DNA from: a virus
Lineage: Duplodnaviria; Heunggongvirae; Uroviricota; Caudoviricetes
Direction: 5' to 3' (one strand)
IMG/VR virus record: IMGVR_UViG_3300029733_000185
DNA length: 64,000 bases
The first letter of the stretch is position 1. Each line of letters begins with the position of its first letter. Positions 37,206 through 47,051 of this stretch are shown piece after piece. Below the pieces are notes generated by a model, which did not search any database, was not told the DNA's origin, and saw only the letters and a list, made by a program, of their open reading frames with translations. A program made the position numbers and the translations under genes.

Positions 37206-37937
37206 TTACAGCTTCTTGAAGCCTGCCGTTACATCACAAAAAACCTTTCCAACGATCTTCTCCTTGACAACATAATGATTGGCCCAGTAGCGAGAATCCA
37301 AGCTGTTGTTTCGGTTATCGCCCATGCAGAAGTAGCAATCAGCCTTCACATAGTAGTCGTTGTCCTTCTTTTCACAATAGGTTTCCAGAAAACCAGGCTC
37401 TCCGCCGTCCAACATTTTGTCTGCATCATACTGCTTAACCGTCTCTACATCACCGACACAATAGATACCAATGTAGCACTGACCGCTAATCCAATTCCCC
37501 TCTTTGTCTTTTTCACCGTCAACAATCCGAACTTTATCCCCGGCTTTGGGTACATAGTAAGGACCACAAGTGCTGGAATGATCGTTTACAACATAGGACT
37601 CTGTTTTTGCCTTTCCATTCACATATAAAGTCCCGTTAATTTCAGAAATGACTTCCCCGGGCATACCAACTACACGCTTGGTGAACTTTTTCTTTTCATT
37701 GTCCGGATAACGAAAAATGATAATATCATTGCGCTTTACATTCTTGTCGCCGGAATAGGCGATACGATTTGCAATCAGGCGATCACCGACCTTAATAGTC
37801 GGATCCATCGATCCAGACGGAACGCTTACATTGGCCAGAAAACAGCCAAACAAAATAGCGGTCAATACAATCGTAGTAACAAACACACGAATAACGGAAC
37901 CATTTTCGTTAATTTTCTGAATGAATTTTTCTTTCAT
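37206..37937 (-). CDS. signal peptidase I
   Basis: 243 aa; N-terminal TM; box B SGSMDPT (Ser), box D KRVVGMPGE (Lys), box E GDNRNNSLDSR. Confidence 0.8.
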   Translation of the reverse strand: MKEKFIQKINENGSVIRVFVTTIVLTAILFGCFLANVSVPSGSMDPTIKVGDRLIANRIAYSGDKNVKRNDIIIFRYPDNEKKKFTKRVVGMPGEVISEINGTLYVNGKAKTESYVVNDHSSTCGPYYVPKAGDKVRIVDGEKDKEGNWISGQCYIGIYCVGDVETVKQYDADKMLDGGEPGFLETYCEKKDNDYYVKADCYFCMGDNRNNSLDSRYWANHYVVKEKIVGKVFCDVTAGFKKL

Positions 37938-38071
37938 AGCCTTTTGTTAAATACTCGTTTGCGCTGTTTTTTGATTAGAAAATACAGCGAAAAAAGATAT
38001 TTTTTAACCTCGATTCTCTAATGTTTTTTCTAATTATTAATACCTCAAAAACAAAAAAAGACAAAAAATCT

Positions 38072-38386
38072 TTAAGAAACATCAAAAAAAATATACTCAT
38101 CTGGGTAGCAATAGCCATCTTCATACGCCTTTTGTTCTGCAAAGTCTTTAATTTCTTTTTTGGAATATTCAGCATATTTTTGCTCTTCTTTGAGCGCTTG
38201 TTCATATCTTACTGACTCGGTGTTATAGTTTTTAGATAGGCTAACCAGTTTTGGTAGTCCGGACGCAATGGAAACCAGCGCAAAAATCAAAGAACACAAC
38301 GCTCCAATCCACATAATCCGGATTGCATAGTCAAGCGGTGTCTTTTTCTTTGTCTGTGATAAATGTTGAATATTATTCTTTCTCAT
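38072..38386 (-). CDS. small membrane protein
   Basis: 104 aa, one TM. Confidence 0.45.
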   Translation of the reverse strand: MRKNNIQHLSQTKKKTPLDYAIRIMWIGALCSLIFALVSIASGLPKLVSLSKNYNTESVRYEQALKEEQKYAEYSKKEIKDFAEQKAYEDGYCYPDEYIFFDVS

Positions 38387-38430
38387 AGCATAAAAAAAAG
38401 GAGCGCCAAAATGACGCTCCTCAACCCTTC

Positions 38431-39351
38431 TTACTTCTTAATCGTCTCCACAACACCTTCCGCTAAACCAGCCATACCCTGAATTTCGGAAGGAATAATA
38501 ATTTTTGTCGCCTGGCCATCTGCTGCTTTTGCAAATGCTTCCAAGGCTTTAAGTTTCAGCACCGCATCGTTTGCATTTGCTTCGTTTAACAGACGAATTG
38601 CATCTGCAGATGCCTTTTGCACGGTCTCGATTGCAGCAGCCTCACCTTCAGCTTCTCTGATCTTCGCCTCTTTAACAGCCTCTGCATGAAGAATAGCGGA
38701 CTGTTTGTCAGCCTCCGCCTCCAAAATCTTTGATTCTTTGTGTCCTTCTGCAACCAAAATCTTACTTTGTTTTTCGCCTTCTGCGCGAAGAATAGACTCA
38801 CGACGCTCACGTTCTGCCTTCATCTGCTTTTCCATCGCGTTTTGAATTTCTCTTGGTGGAATAATGTTCTTAAGCTCTACGCGGTTCACCTTGATTCCCC
38901 AGGCATCAGTAGCCTCATCCAAGATAACTCTGATTTTAGCATTGATTGTGTCTCTGGATGTTAAGGTGTTATCCAGTTCCAACTCGCCGATGATGTTTCT
39001 CAATGTCGTAGCTGACAGATTCTCAATAGCAACAATCGGATTTTCTACGCCGTAGGTGTACAGTTTCGGATCGGTGATTTGATAAAATACCACTGTGTCA
39101 ATCTGAATGGTTACGTTATCCTTTGTGATGACAGCCTGTGGTTCAAAATCCACTACCTGCTCTTTCAAAGAGATTTTCTTAGCAACCCGTTCGATAAACG
39201 GAATCTTAATGTGCAACCCAGTCTGCCAGGTTGTACTGTATACACCCAGCCGTTCAATCACATAAGCAAACGACTGTGGGACAATTCGAATGTTTTTAGC
39301 AATAGCAATGGCAATCAACGCCACCACAACAATAGTAATAGCAATTTTCAT
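38431..39351 (-). CDS. SPFH/Band-7 (stomatin/flotillin-like) membrane protein
   Basis: 306 aa; N-terminal TM; SPFH core and E/A/K-rich coiled-coil tail. Confidence 0.8.
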   Translation of the reverse strand: MKIAITIVVVALIAIAIAKNIRIVPQSFAYVIERLGVYSTTWQTGLHIKIPFIERVAKKISLKEQVVDFEPQAVITKDNVTIQIDTVVFYQITDPKLYTYGVENPIVAIENLSATTLRNIIGELELDNTLTSRDTINAKIRVILDEATDAWGIKVNRVELKNIIPPREIQNAMEKQMKAERERRESILRAEGEKQSKILVAEGHKESKILEAEADKQSAILHAEAVKEAKIREAEGEAAAIETVQKASADAIRLLNEANANDAVLKLKALEAFAKAADGQATKIIIPSEIQGMAGLAEGVVETIKK

Positions 39352-39355
39352 GTTT

Positions 39356-39793
39356 TTACTCCTTCTCAGTAATTTTAATGACAGCCTTAACGCCTTCTAT
39401 TGATACGACCTCAATAGGCGTCCCGGCCCTGATGTATTTGACCTCCGGATCTTCCGGTTTCGCACTCCAGATCTCTCCCAGAACTTTAATTTGTCCTATT
39501 CCATCGTTTGCAACAATGTCTTCAGACACAATACCGGATTCTCCGATGATACGATTTGCGTTTAGGTTTTGCGTTCGCTTCTTAATGGATTTCGCTATTG
39601 GTGGGTATATGAACGCCAAACAAAGACCTGATACAGCCACAAACAAAATGATTTGTACCGATGACTGTATGCCACACCAACTGGCAATTAATGCTACAGC
39701 CGCTCCAACACAAAACCAAATGCTGATTAGCTGAACAGTGACAATTTCGATTAGCAACGAAAACAGCAAAACGCATAACCAAACCTTGTCCAA
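39356..39793 (-). CDS. NfeD-like membrane protein (partner of SPFH protein)
   Basis: 145 aa; N-terminal TM helices plus C-terminal OB-like domain; immediately upstream of SPFH gene. Confidence 0.7.
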   Translation of the reverse strand: MDKVWLCVLLFSLLIEIVTVQLISIWFCVGAAVALIASWCGIQSSVQIILFVAVSGLCLAFIYPPIAKSIKKRTQNLNANRIIGESGIVSEDIVANDGIGQIKVLGEIWSAKPEDPEVKYIRAGTPIEVVSIEGVKAVIKITEKE

Positions 39794-39889
39794 AACTTAC
39801 ATCACTCCTATAAAGAAATAAATCTCCCGCACGCATTGGTGCGATACTAAAAATATACCACACTTTTGCATACGAGAGAAATTTTTGGA

Positions 39890-41242
39890 TTATTTTGTTT
39901 TTACACTCTTCGTTGAAGACCAAACGCTATAATAGTTTTTTCCTCCAGCCTTCTTGTACGATCTAACACGCACATAGTATTTTTTCTTTGCTGAAAGACC
40001 GGTTACTTTCCCGGAAACAGTTGAGCAACCACTGTATGTTTTTGTCTTTGCATCTTTGAAATCGCTGCGTAGTGCATACTGAAGTTGATAGCCCGTAACC
40101 TGCACTGCCTTCTTTGCCCATTTTGCTGTAAAGCCCTTACTTGCAGCGGTCACAGAACTTAAAGATGTTCCAATCGGATTAATGACAAATGTTGTTGATT
40201 TTGTACCGCTATATGGCGACTTAAATGTAACCTTGACTGTGTAAGTCCCAACATTCATTCTGCCCGACGGCATCGTTACTTTATAATATGAAGATGATAC
40301 GGTATTGCCGAAGTTGTCCTTAACCGATACGGATGGATTCTTTGTTTTGCCACTATAGCCGAATACCGTCTGGCTAAGCATAATTTTATCCGCACGTGGC
40401 AGCACCTTAAATGTACAGTTAATGTCGCTGGTCTTCTTAGTCGTTTTGTGATCGTTACCGGTATATTTCGCATATGGCCGCTTAAAGCTTACTGTTGCTA
40501 AATAGTTGCCAACTTTAGTTCTTCCCGCAGAATATTTTATCGTGTAGTAATTTGAACTCACGACAGCCCCTCTGTTGTCCTTAACAACGACTTTTGGCGT
40601 TTTTGCTTTTCCGTCATAAACATATTGTGTCGTTGAGCAATAGGCTTGTGCAATTTTACCGTAGCTCTTGACGTAATCACAGCCAGCCGCCGCACAAGTC
40701 TCATTGATACTTCGTCCGTCAGAGGACTCATTGTACATAAAAACATGCTGATGAGCTGCAATGTTTAATGTGTGTTGAACAGTAGACGCCTTGGGTTCAA
40801 CCTTGTAATCATACACAGAACTGATGCAGTAAACATAGTAGTTCTTGGCTGCCGAAAGTTCATAACTTAGATACGCAGCGCAGTTAGCACCATTACTTGA
40901 GATATTGGAGCCAATCGCTTCTGAAGCAGGCTGTCCATTCTTTTCTTCAAAGATTACCAAGGACAAAGTTCTGTTCGTGTTTGTTGTTGAAAGGCGAAGA
41001 CTGTACCACCCGGATTTAGCGGGTTTAAATTTAAACCACTTTTCCGAGTCCGTGAAGTAATTGCCCTTTCTGTCATTGCCACGGCACATAATATAGCTGT
41101 ATGTAGCCGGAGCCTTGATTTCGATTGCCGTGTCTGCAGCGTTCTCATGTGGAAAAATAACTCCGGCAAATGCCGGTGTTGTACTCAAAAGCACACAAAG
41201 AACAGCGAACATTGCAACAATCGTCTGTACTTGTTTTCGCAT
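39890..41242 (-). CDS. secreted protein with two tandem ~50-aa beta repeats and Fn3-like C-terminus
   Basis: start MRKQVQ with AAGGGGGAT RBS; signal peptide ..TPAFA; internal repeats KVVVKDNRGAVVSSNYY / VSVKDNFGNTVSSSYY. Confidence 0.6.
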   Translation of the reverse strand: MRKQVQTIVAMFAVLCVLLSTTPAFAGVIFPHENAADTAIEIKAPATYSYIMCRGNDRKGNYFTDSEKWFKFKPAKSGWYSLRLSTTNTNRTLSLVIFEEKNGQPASEAIGSNISSNGANCAAYLSYELSAAKNYYVYCISSVYDYKVEPKASTVQHTLNIAAHQHVFMYNESSDGRSINETCAAAGCDYVKSYGKIAQAYCSTTQYVYDGKAKTPKVVVKDNRGAVVSSNYYTIKYSAGRTKVGNYLATVSFKRPYAKYTGNDHKTTKKTSDINCTFKVLPRADKIMLSQTVFGYSGKTKNPSVSVKDNFGNTVSSSYYKVTMPSGRMNVGTYTVKVTFKSPYSGTKSTTFVINPIGTSLSSVTAASKGFTAKWAKKAVQVTGYQLQYALRSDFKDAKTKTYSGCSTVSGKVTGLSAKKKYYVRVRSYKKAGGKNYYSVWSSTKSVKTK

Positions 41243-41256
41243 ATATATATCCCCCT

Positions 41257-41871
41257 TTACCAAACAAAGTTTTGTTCGTGTGACCAAAACCCGACTTGAT
41301 TGTTTTGTGCTTGTTGTTTAATAAGTTCGAAAGACAAGGCATATTTGACATTCGGCTCAATTTCCATTGTATTTGCGAACCCTTTTGCCAACAACATTGC
41401 GTTGAACATATGACTGCTCAACTCGTTAAGTGATGTTGTGTTCGTCGAATTGTCAAGCCACACATAAGCAAGCGTTCTGCCGTATTTGTCTGTTCGTCCT
41501 GCATCATATTCCAGATACACCGTCTTCCCCGGCGTCAGTACGGATTTCGTATAAGCCAAAGCTTCTCTCCCCTCAGCACAATTTTTTGATTCACTGTTGC
41601 TTACGGACTCCGGCGTGTTAACGCCAATGAGTCTAACCTTTTGCTCTTGGCCTGAAGTGTTACTGGTCACCAGTGTGTCTCCATCCACCACGCGCACAAC
41701 TGTAGCTTTTTCTGTTTGTGCAGAATTCTGTGATGTTTGCTGTGAAACAGTCGCGGTGACAGTGGTTGATTCCACAGGTTTGGATTCGTGTAAATTTCTA
41801 CACGCAAGACCAATTCCAACAATTAAAGCCACACATAGCAAAAATGTCAATACTCTTTTCAAGATAACCAC
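41257..41871 (-). CDS. secreted SNase-like (thermonuclease family) nuclease
   Basis: 204 aa; N-terminal TM/signal; VDGDT, RLIGVNTPE, DKYGRTLAYV motifs. Confidence 0.7.
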   Translation of the reverse strand: MVILKRVLTFLLCVALIVGIGLACRNLHESKPVESTTVTATVSQQTSQNSAQTEKATVVRVVDGDTLVTSNTSGQEQKVRLIGVNTPESVSNSESKNCAEGREALAYTKSVLTPGKTVYLEYDAGRTDKYGRTLAYVWLDNSTNTTSLNELSSHMFNAMLLAKGFANTMEIEPNVKYALSFELIKQQAQNNQVGFWSHEQNFVW

Positions 41872-41886
41872 ATCCTTCCGATATAG

Positions 41887-42477
41887 TTATACCATACTGA
41901 GCACCAGCGCGAAAAGAGTACCAATCGAAATAAACGGAACGAACGCCGCCATTTTTAGTTTTTCTTTCTTTCTGATTCGATAAATAAGCGCGTGCAGAAG
42001 ATACGAAACGCAGGTTCCGATTAGCATGTATGGCAAATATGTAAACCCTGTCACTAAAGACACAGCAGCGAATACCCAAATATCAGCGCCACCGATTGCA
42101 TTCTTGCCCTTGATTTTAATCATAGCCAAAGCCAGAATAAAGACAAAGACAATCAAACCCGTCAATCCGTGATTGATTAAATATTGCTTCCACGGGATCT
42201 CTGCAGCGTGAACGGAACGCAAATACGTATTTTCAGCTAAAGCACATAATACCACATTCACAATTGCAAGTGGATACAAACACCCCGTCTGCCAATATTC
42301 AAGCTGATGCTTCTTGATGTCAACAACTGATAAATATGTCAGATATCCTAAAAGTCCGAGAGTCAGAATGAAATAAATCACTCCAACCGCGCCGGTATGA
42401 AACATGACTGTCAAAATTAAATTCCTCCTATTTTTAGTTTCCCTGGTCAGCATACCCGCCAGTGTTTCCAGATACAT
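41887..42477 (-). CDS. A24-family prepilin peptidase-like membrane protein (TadV/CpaA-like)
   Basis: polytopic; candidate catalytic Asp in SVVDIKK and in AIGGADIW (GGGD-like); start uncertain (42477 or 42531). Confidence 0.5.
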   Translation of the reverse strand: MYLETLAGMLTRETKNRRNLILTVMFHTGAVGVIYFILTLGLLGYLTYLSVVDIKKHQLEYWQTGCLYPLAIVNVVLCALAENTYLRSVHAAEIPWKQYLINHGLTGLIVFVFILALAMIKIKGKNAIGGADIWVFAAVSLVTGFTYLPYMLIGTCVSYLLHALIYRIRKKEKLKMAAFVPFISIGTLFALVLSMV

Positions 42478-43030
42478 TATTGGAATCTTCTCCAACATTC
42501 TGTACAAATTCGTAACTGGAAGTAAAATCAATTTTTCCGGTTGAAATTTTTGTTGGCTTATCGGCCAATGCCAATTTAGTTGTGTATGAGATCTTTGCTG
42601 TTACAGTGAAGTCAACCTTAAAGCTGTGATCTGTTGAATCTTTTGTAACGGACTTGATGTTAATGTCATCAAGACTAATTGTGAACCCGTTGCCAACAAG
42701 CTGATTGTTCTCTTCATCCGTTTTAAAGTTCGGGTTCTTCTCGAGAAAATACAGATATTTGTTTTTAAGGGTTGTCCCCTGCTCTTCCAGCTTTGCCTCA
42801 AGATCGCCCTGATACGACCCGCTCTGGAAATCAGAGAGTGAGTCATATGTTTCTCTTTGCAGTGTCGTTTCTAACATTGTAAGAGAATGTTCAAATGCGC
42901 GCGTCACAGTATAATGCGTGTTAAGCATATATACAACTTGAATCATTGTAAATGCCACGAGAATGATCATAACGCAAATTGCGCTTCCGCCAATAATGGA
43001 TGCACGCTTGTTTTTTAGAGTAGATTGCAT
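42434..43030 (-). CDS. TadE/TadG-like N-terminally anchored protein
   Basis: 198 aa; basic N-terminus then TM; beta-rich remainder. Confidence 0.4.
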   Translation of the reverse strand: MQSTLKNKRASIIGGSAICVMIILVAFTMIQVVYMLNTHYTVTRAFEHSLTMLETTLQRETYDSLSDFQSGSYQGDLEAKLEEQGTTLKNKYLYFLEKNPNFKTDEENNQLVGNGFTISLDDINIKSVTKDSTDHSFKVDFTVTAKISYTTKLALADKPTKISTGKIDFTSSYEFVQNVGEDSNNVSGNTGGYADQGN

Positions 43031-43042
43031 AATACAGCCCCC

Positions 43043-43537
43043 TTACTCCGACTTGAAGTAAACTTCACCAACGCCGGAAGAAGTGGCCGACAGCGTTGTT
43101 TTTACGGCCTTGCCGCCCACATGGAACAAGACCACCTGTGCTGAAGTGTGTACAGTAAATTCATCACCCAGGTTCACACCATATTGCCCGGCTTTGGAGT
43201 CACTTGTTAGCAGTAAGTCATCATAATGATAATAACTTGTATTCTCAGACTCTGTGTGAAAGCGAATCTCCAGCGAACCCGTCTCAATCCGTTTTCCAAG
43301 CTGTTTTGCCGCAGTGTCATAAATTTCTTCGCTTTTTGCATTATCGATTTCGCCACACACCGACACAGTTCTGGCAACATTATTTGCCACGATGTTCATG
43401 GTGTAAATGGAGAACACGTTGATAGTTAATTCAATGAGAATAACCACCAAGATAACTGCAATCGAGAAGAAAATTATAAAATCCGTTGATTGAGCAAAAG
43501 CCCTTTTCTCTTTTAGCTTCTGCTTGATTTGTGTCAA
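43043..43537 (-). CDS. TadE/TadG-like N-terminally anchored protein
   Basis: 164 aa; same architecture. Confidence 0.4.
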   Translation of the reverse strand: MTQIKQKLKEKRAFAQSTDFIIFFSIAVILVVILIELTINVFSIYTMNIVANNVARTVSVCGEIDNAKSEEIYDTAAKQLGKRIETGSLEIRFHTESENTSYYHYDDLLLTSDSKAGQYGVNLGDEFTVHTSAQVVLFHVGGKAVKTTLSATSSGVGEVYFKSE

Positions 43538-43556
43538 TATAGTAAACCACCTCTTT

Positions 43557-44267
43557 CTAAGCTACTTGCAAACAAATATTTGTATCGGCATTGTCTGTGT
43601 CGTAGTAATAATCTGTAAAGAAAGTTGGGCTCTTTTTTTTGAACGCCTGAACAACTTTTTCAATACGCGTTCTCACTTGCTTTTCAGACAACCCGTATTT
43701 TACGCCGACGGCTTTATCTGATTTCACTTTATCCGGATCTGAAAACTTATATAACAGCAGCTCCCCATCATCAATAGCAGCCACATCATGCAGCAAAGTC
43801 TTATTCATTATTTCCTGTTCTGTTTCGTTATGGTCTTTGCTCTTTCGACCCAGCACATAGTTCTGAACGGTGACTGATTTCATCTCATCGCGTCGTTCTT
43901 TTGGAATGTTACCCGTCACTTTTAAAAAGCCGGATTTTTTTTCATTCTTAAATGCGATATCCAGGGCTTTATTTAAATAATTCAAAAACGGACCATCCGG
44001 CTCACGATAATTGCTCACACATTTCTGTATTGTTACAAAATATAGAGAATTAAAATCATCCACCGAACAGTATGGCAAATATGCATTCTTCATTGCTACT
44101 TGAATTTTGCTTTTCACTTTACACTGTCGATAACACACCGCAATCAACTCTTGTGAGGCTTTGCCGACTTCGTGATCACGAGCAGCCATCGCCGTCACGT
44201 CAACGCTTTTTGCGGACGTATATGCCTTTGTATTGACCACATTTGCCAAATTGTATCCGTTTACCAT
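43557..44267 (-). CDS. hypothetical protein, possible sigma-factor-like regulator
   Basis: 236 aa; C-terminal segment YGLSEKQVRTRIEKVVQAFKK resembles sigma region 4 HTH. Confidence 0.4.
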   Translation of the reverse strand: MVNGYNLANVVNTKAYTSAKSVDVTAMAARDHEVGKASQELIAVCYRQCKVKSKIQVAMKNAYLPYCSVDDFNSLYFVTIQKCVSNYREPDGPFLNYLNKALDIAFKNEKKSGFLKVTGNIPKERRDEMKSVTVQNYVLGRKSKDHNETEQEIMNKTLLHDVAAIDDGELLLYKFSDPDKVKSDKAVGVKYGLSEKQVRTRIEKVVQAFKKKSPTFFTDYYYDTDNADTNICLQVA

Positions 44268-44346
44268 AAAATTTTACCTACCTTTGAAAAAATAAAGGAG
44301 AACCGTGCAGACGGTCCTCCTGATTGACTACTTGTGAATATTACTG

Positions 44347-44706
44347 CTACTTTGCGTAACGCTCAATAGCTTCCTGGGTTGGCTCCAAGGTACCAACGAT
44401 GTATTTCCTCATTGCCTCCTCAAAATAATGCTTAAAGACAACATATTGATTGGAGTCGCATTTCATTAATATACAGTACGTTCTTTTCGCATAGCTTTTC
44501 TTTGTGACCTCTGAAATATCCAAAATATTGATATTTTTCAGCCTGTTGTCCTTCATCTTTGCGAACATAATCATTGGTTTTACATTTACTTCCTGATTAT
44601 CTTTCAAGCAGTAATAAATCGTTAGATTATGTGGTTTGGTATCTTGCAGTGACTTCGGCAGTTGTTTGCTCGGCCCCTTGCTTCTCATGGTTATTTTTTG
44701 TTTCAA
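44347..44706 (-). CDS. hypothetical protein
   Basis: 119 aa. Confidence 0.5.
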   Translation of the reverse strand: MKQKITMRSKGPSKQLPKSLQDTKPHNLTIYYCLKDNQEVNVKPMIMFAKMKDNRLKNINILDISEVTKKSYAKRTYCILMKCDSNQYVVFKHYFEEAMRKYIVGTLEPTQEAIERYAK

Positions 44707-45623
44707 GCTTTTCCCTCCTGTTTTTGTTTTGGTGCTTCGTTTGCACTATTTGTTGCATCAACTTTGGCGCTCTTTGCTGTCTTCCTAGTCTTGATCAACT
44801 GTACAATTGTGTTAATCAGGTTCCATGTGTAAGTTACGATAAAATAGAAACTAATCACGATTGGCGTATTAAACACAATCGTTGCAGTCAACGCCAAAAA
44901 TGCCGTGTTCAAAATTGGCTGCGTTAACATCATAGCCTTACCCGCTGGTTTGAGTTTCTTAAAGCTTAATCGCATTTTTTCAATGCTCTGCCACAACCCA
45001 ATAATGTATTGTAAAACATACAAAACCATAGCCAATGTGGGGATAGACATCAACTGAGGATTATCCTTTACCGGTGGCACCAAATAGGTTTTTAATGAGC
45101 CCAAAGAAAAAGAGTCTCTTAAATCATAAAGCTTTTGAATGTCCGCTTTAGACACTCCGCCCTTTTCAAAGTCCGACTCATACTTTTCCAGATCCTTTAA
45201 CACACGGATTTCCGTGTATGGTGTGGACTTCTCTTCTTTGTCCATATATATTTGTGTAATGGTAGTTGCCGTGTCCTTTTCAACCACATGAAAATTAGAA
45301 ATGGGCTTAAATGTTGTAACCATTACTGCCACAATAGCAAAGTCAATAATGATTAATGCCGCTTTGGATAGAAATGTTAAATATGGATTGTAATTGGATT
45401 CCTTGTAGTATTCGTAAATCTTATCAGAGAGCACATCTCTGTCCCCGCCTGCTTCTTTTTGAAGCTGTGCGATTTTTTCGTCTCTAACAGCCTTTTCTTC
45501 ACTTTGCTTTTTGCTGTATTTATTCAAGAATATACGAATGATTTTAGTCACCAAACAAAGACCGATGATAAAAGCGGGATAACAAGTAATGGGAATGCCT
45601 AAAAGCCGAACTGTGGCTAACAT
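44703..45623 (-). CDS. polytopic membrane protein, possibly YidC/Oxa1-like insertase
   Basis: 306 aa; first TM followed by K/E-rich amphipathic segment ending ESNYNPY, reminiscent of YidC C1 loop. Confidence 0.45.
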   Translation of the reverse strand: MLATVRLLGIPITCYPAFIIGLCLVTKIIRIFLNKYSKKQSEEKAVRDEKIAQLQKEAGGDRDVLSDKIYEYYKESNYNPYLTFLSKAALIIIDFAIVAVMVTTFKPISNFHVVEKDTATTITQIYMDKEEKSTPYTEIRVLKDLEKYESDFEKGGVSKADIQKLYDLRDSFSLGSLKTYLVPPVKDNPQLMSIPTLAMVLYVLQYIIGLWQSIEKMRLSFKKLKPAGKAMMLTQPILNTAFLALTATIVFNTPIVISFYFIVTYTWNLINTIVQLIKTRKTAKSAKVDATNSANEAPKQKQEGKA

Positions 45624-45821
45624 AAAAAACCTCCTGACAAAAGAAAAAAGGAATACTCGCGTACTCCTTTCAAAAATATTAAGTTAAATGAAAGCAGTCA
45701 CTGACCGCCATTGTTGACCTATGGATAATTATAACACAAAAAGAAAAACTTGCCAAACCACGTTCATTTTAAGCAGAATAAAACTTTTTGATTCCAAAGT
45801 TACTGAAAGGGAAAATTAATT

Positions 45822-45962
45822 ATGGGATTATTCAACAACAAAAATCCAAATGAAATTACATATGGATCTGGTAAAAAGCGTTTTACCGATGTAATTAAAA
45901 AGCAAATAAAGGCATCCTTTGCTGGTGCTTTTCCTTTATTTCTAAAAATATGTTATAATTAA
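45822..45962 (+). CDS. small protein candidate (46 aa)
   Basis: AAGGGA RBS; followed by plus-strand intrinsic terminator at 45983-46024. Confidence 0.3.
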   Translation: MGLFNNKNPNEITYGSGKKRFTDVIKKQIKASFAGAFPLFLKICYN

Positions 45963-45982
45963 ATTAATAAGTTAATGCAAAC

Positions 45983-46024
45983 GAGGCAGTTATTCGTGTA
46001 GGCGGGTATCTGCCTCTTTTTTGT
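45983..46024 (+). terminator. rho-independent terminator
   Basis: GAGGCAG..CTGCCTC stem followed by TTTTTTG. Confidence 0.6.
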
Positions 46025-46086
46025 TAATTCAAAAAATATAAAGATAAAAAGCCCTCGTTATTGCGAGGCGGAAAGGAAACAAAACA

Positions 46087-46395
46087 ATGAAAGAAAAATT
46101 CATGAATGCACATATTAGCGGTTTAAAATGTGATAACCCCAACTGCAATTGGGCGGACCCTTCGATCCAACTGAACGAATACCCTGATTGGGTTGGAAGA
46201 GGATGTCCACTTTGCGGCGAAGTTGTTCTTACAAATGAGGCTTGGCAAACAGTACAAAAAATCATTTGTATTGAAAACGCTGTGAATAGATTTTCAGGAT
46301 TGTTAAAGCCTTCATCAAAAAATGGGCAAGCTAAGGTCGGAGTAAGACTCACTCTTGATAAAAAAGGAAAAATTCATTTTAAAGGAGAAAAATAA
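46087..46395 (+). CDS. small zinc-ribbon protein (CxxC..CxxC)
   Basis: 102 aa; CDNPNC...CPLCG; RBS GGAAAGGAAA. Confidence 0.5.
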   Translation: MKEKFMNAHISGLKCDNPNCNWADPSIQLNEYPDWVGRGCPLCGEVVLTNEAWQTVQKIICIENAVNRFSGLLKPSSKNGQAKVGVRLTLDKKGKIHFKGEK

Positions 46396-46749
46396 AGATG
46401 GCAAGCCTTTGAAATATAAAGAATTTTGTAAAAACTTTATTTTAAATAAGAAAAAAGCACTCTTATAGGGTACTTTTTCTTTTTTTGCTAAAGATGGCAT
46501 TAATAAATAAGAATATTCAAAGAGGCGTGATTGTGATTAGTTTTAAATGTGGTCTGACAAAATTCTAATTTGTCACAATTGGCATATTTCACACGAAAAC
46601 AGGCATCGACCTATACGGCGACGATTAACGCTTAAATAGCAAAGTGGAGTATCTTGTTCTTCATTGGATCTCAACCGCCCTTCTTGAGGCATCTCCGTCA
46701 ATAATTATAACATAATTGTCAGTGTCTCTAAAATATAGTTTACATTACA

Positions 46750-46792
46750 AAGAAAGCCGCCGATGCAGATTGCAAAGGCGGCTTTTGTATTG
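46750..46792. terminator. bidirectional intrinsic terminator
   Basis: AAAGCCGCC..GGCGGCTTT hairpin flanked by T-runs on both strands. Confidence 0.55.
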
Positions 46793-46817
46793 ACAACACG
46801 GAATGCGTGTTCTAAAA
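46789..46817 (+). promoter_or_regulatory. sigma-A promoter (TTGACA-17-TAAAAT) with operator-like palindrome AACACGgaatgCGTGTT in spacer
   Basis: consensus -35, 17-nt spacer, -10; drives 46866..47051. Confidence 0.6.
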
Positions 46818-46865
46818 TGCTATTGGACGAAAGTCCCCAGAGACGCTCCGGAAAGGAGCGTTCGA

Positions 46866-47051
46866 ATGATTGACAATTCAACTTTGTTGCGGTTAGTTAA
46901 GGCCGTTATCGCCTTGCTGCTTGTAGCTAGTGGAGTTGTGTTCGTCGTACTCGGTGTGCTCAAAGTGTGCACAAAGAGAGAAAGCAAAGCCTTGCTTAGT
47001 CTCGGTTTGCTTTTCTTGGAGTGTGGGCTACAGGCGTACTTCGATGATTGA
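46866..47051 (+). CDS. small membrane protein
   Basis: start MIDNSTLL with AAGGAG RBS; single TM. Confidence 0.45.
   Translation: MIDNSTLLRLVKAVIALLLVASGVVFVVLGVLKVCTKRESKALLSLGLLFLECGLQAYFDD

Noticed and set aside
37975-38215. ORFs 37975..38205(-) and 38021..38215(+)
   Set aside because: They lie in the AT-rich promoter region upstream of the signal peptidase gene and are Lys/Phe/Ile-rich translations of A/T runs.
46029-46352. 107-aa minus-strand ORF
   Set aside because: It is antisense to the better-supported plus-strand zinc-ribbon gene (RBS, terminator context) and has a hydrophobic low-complexity translation.
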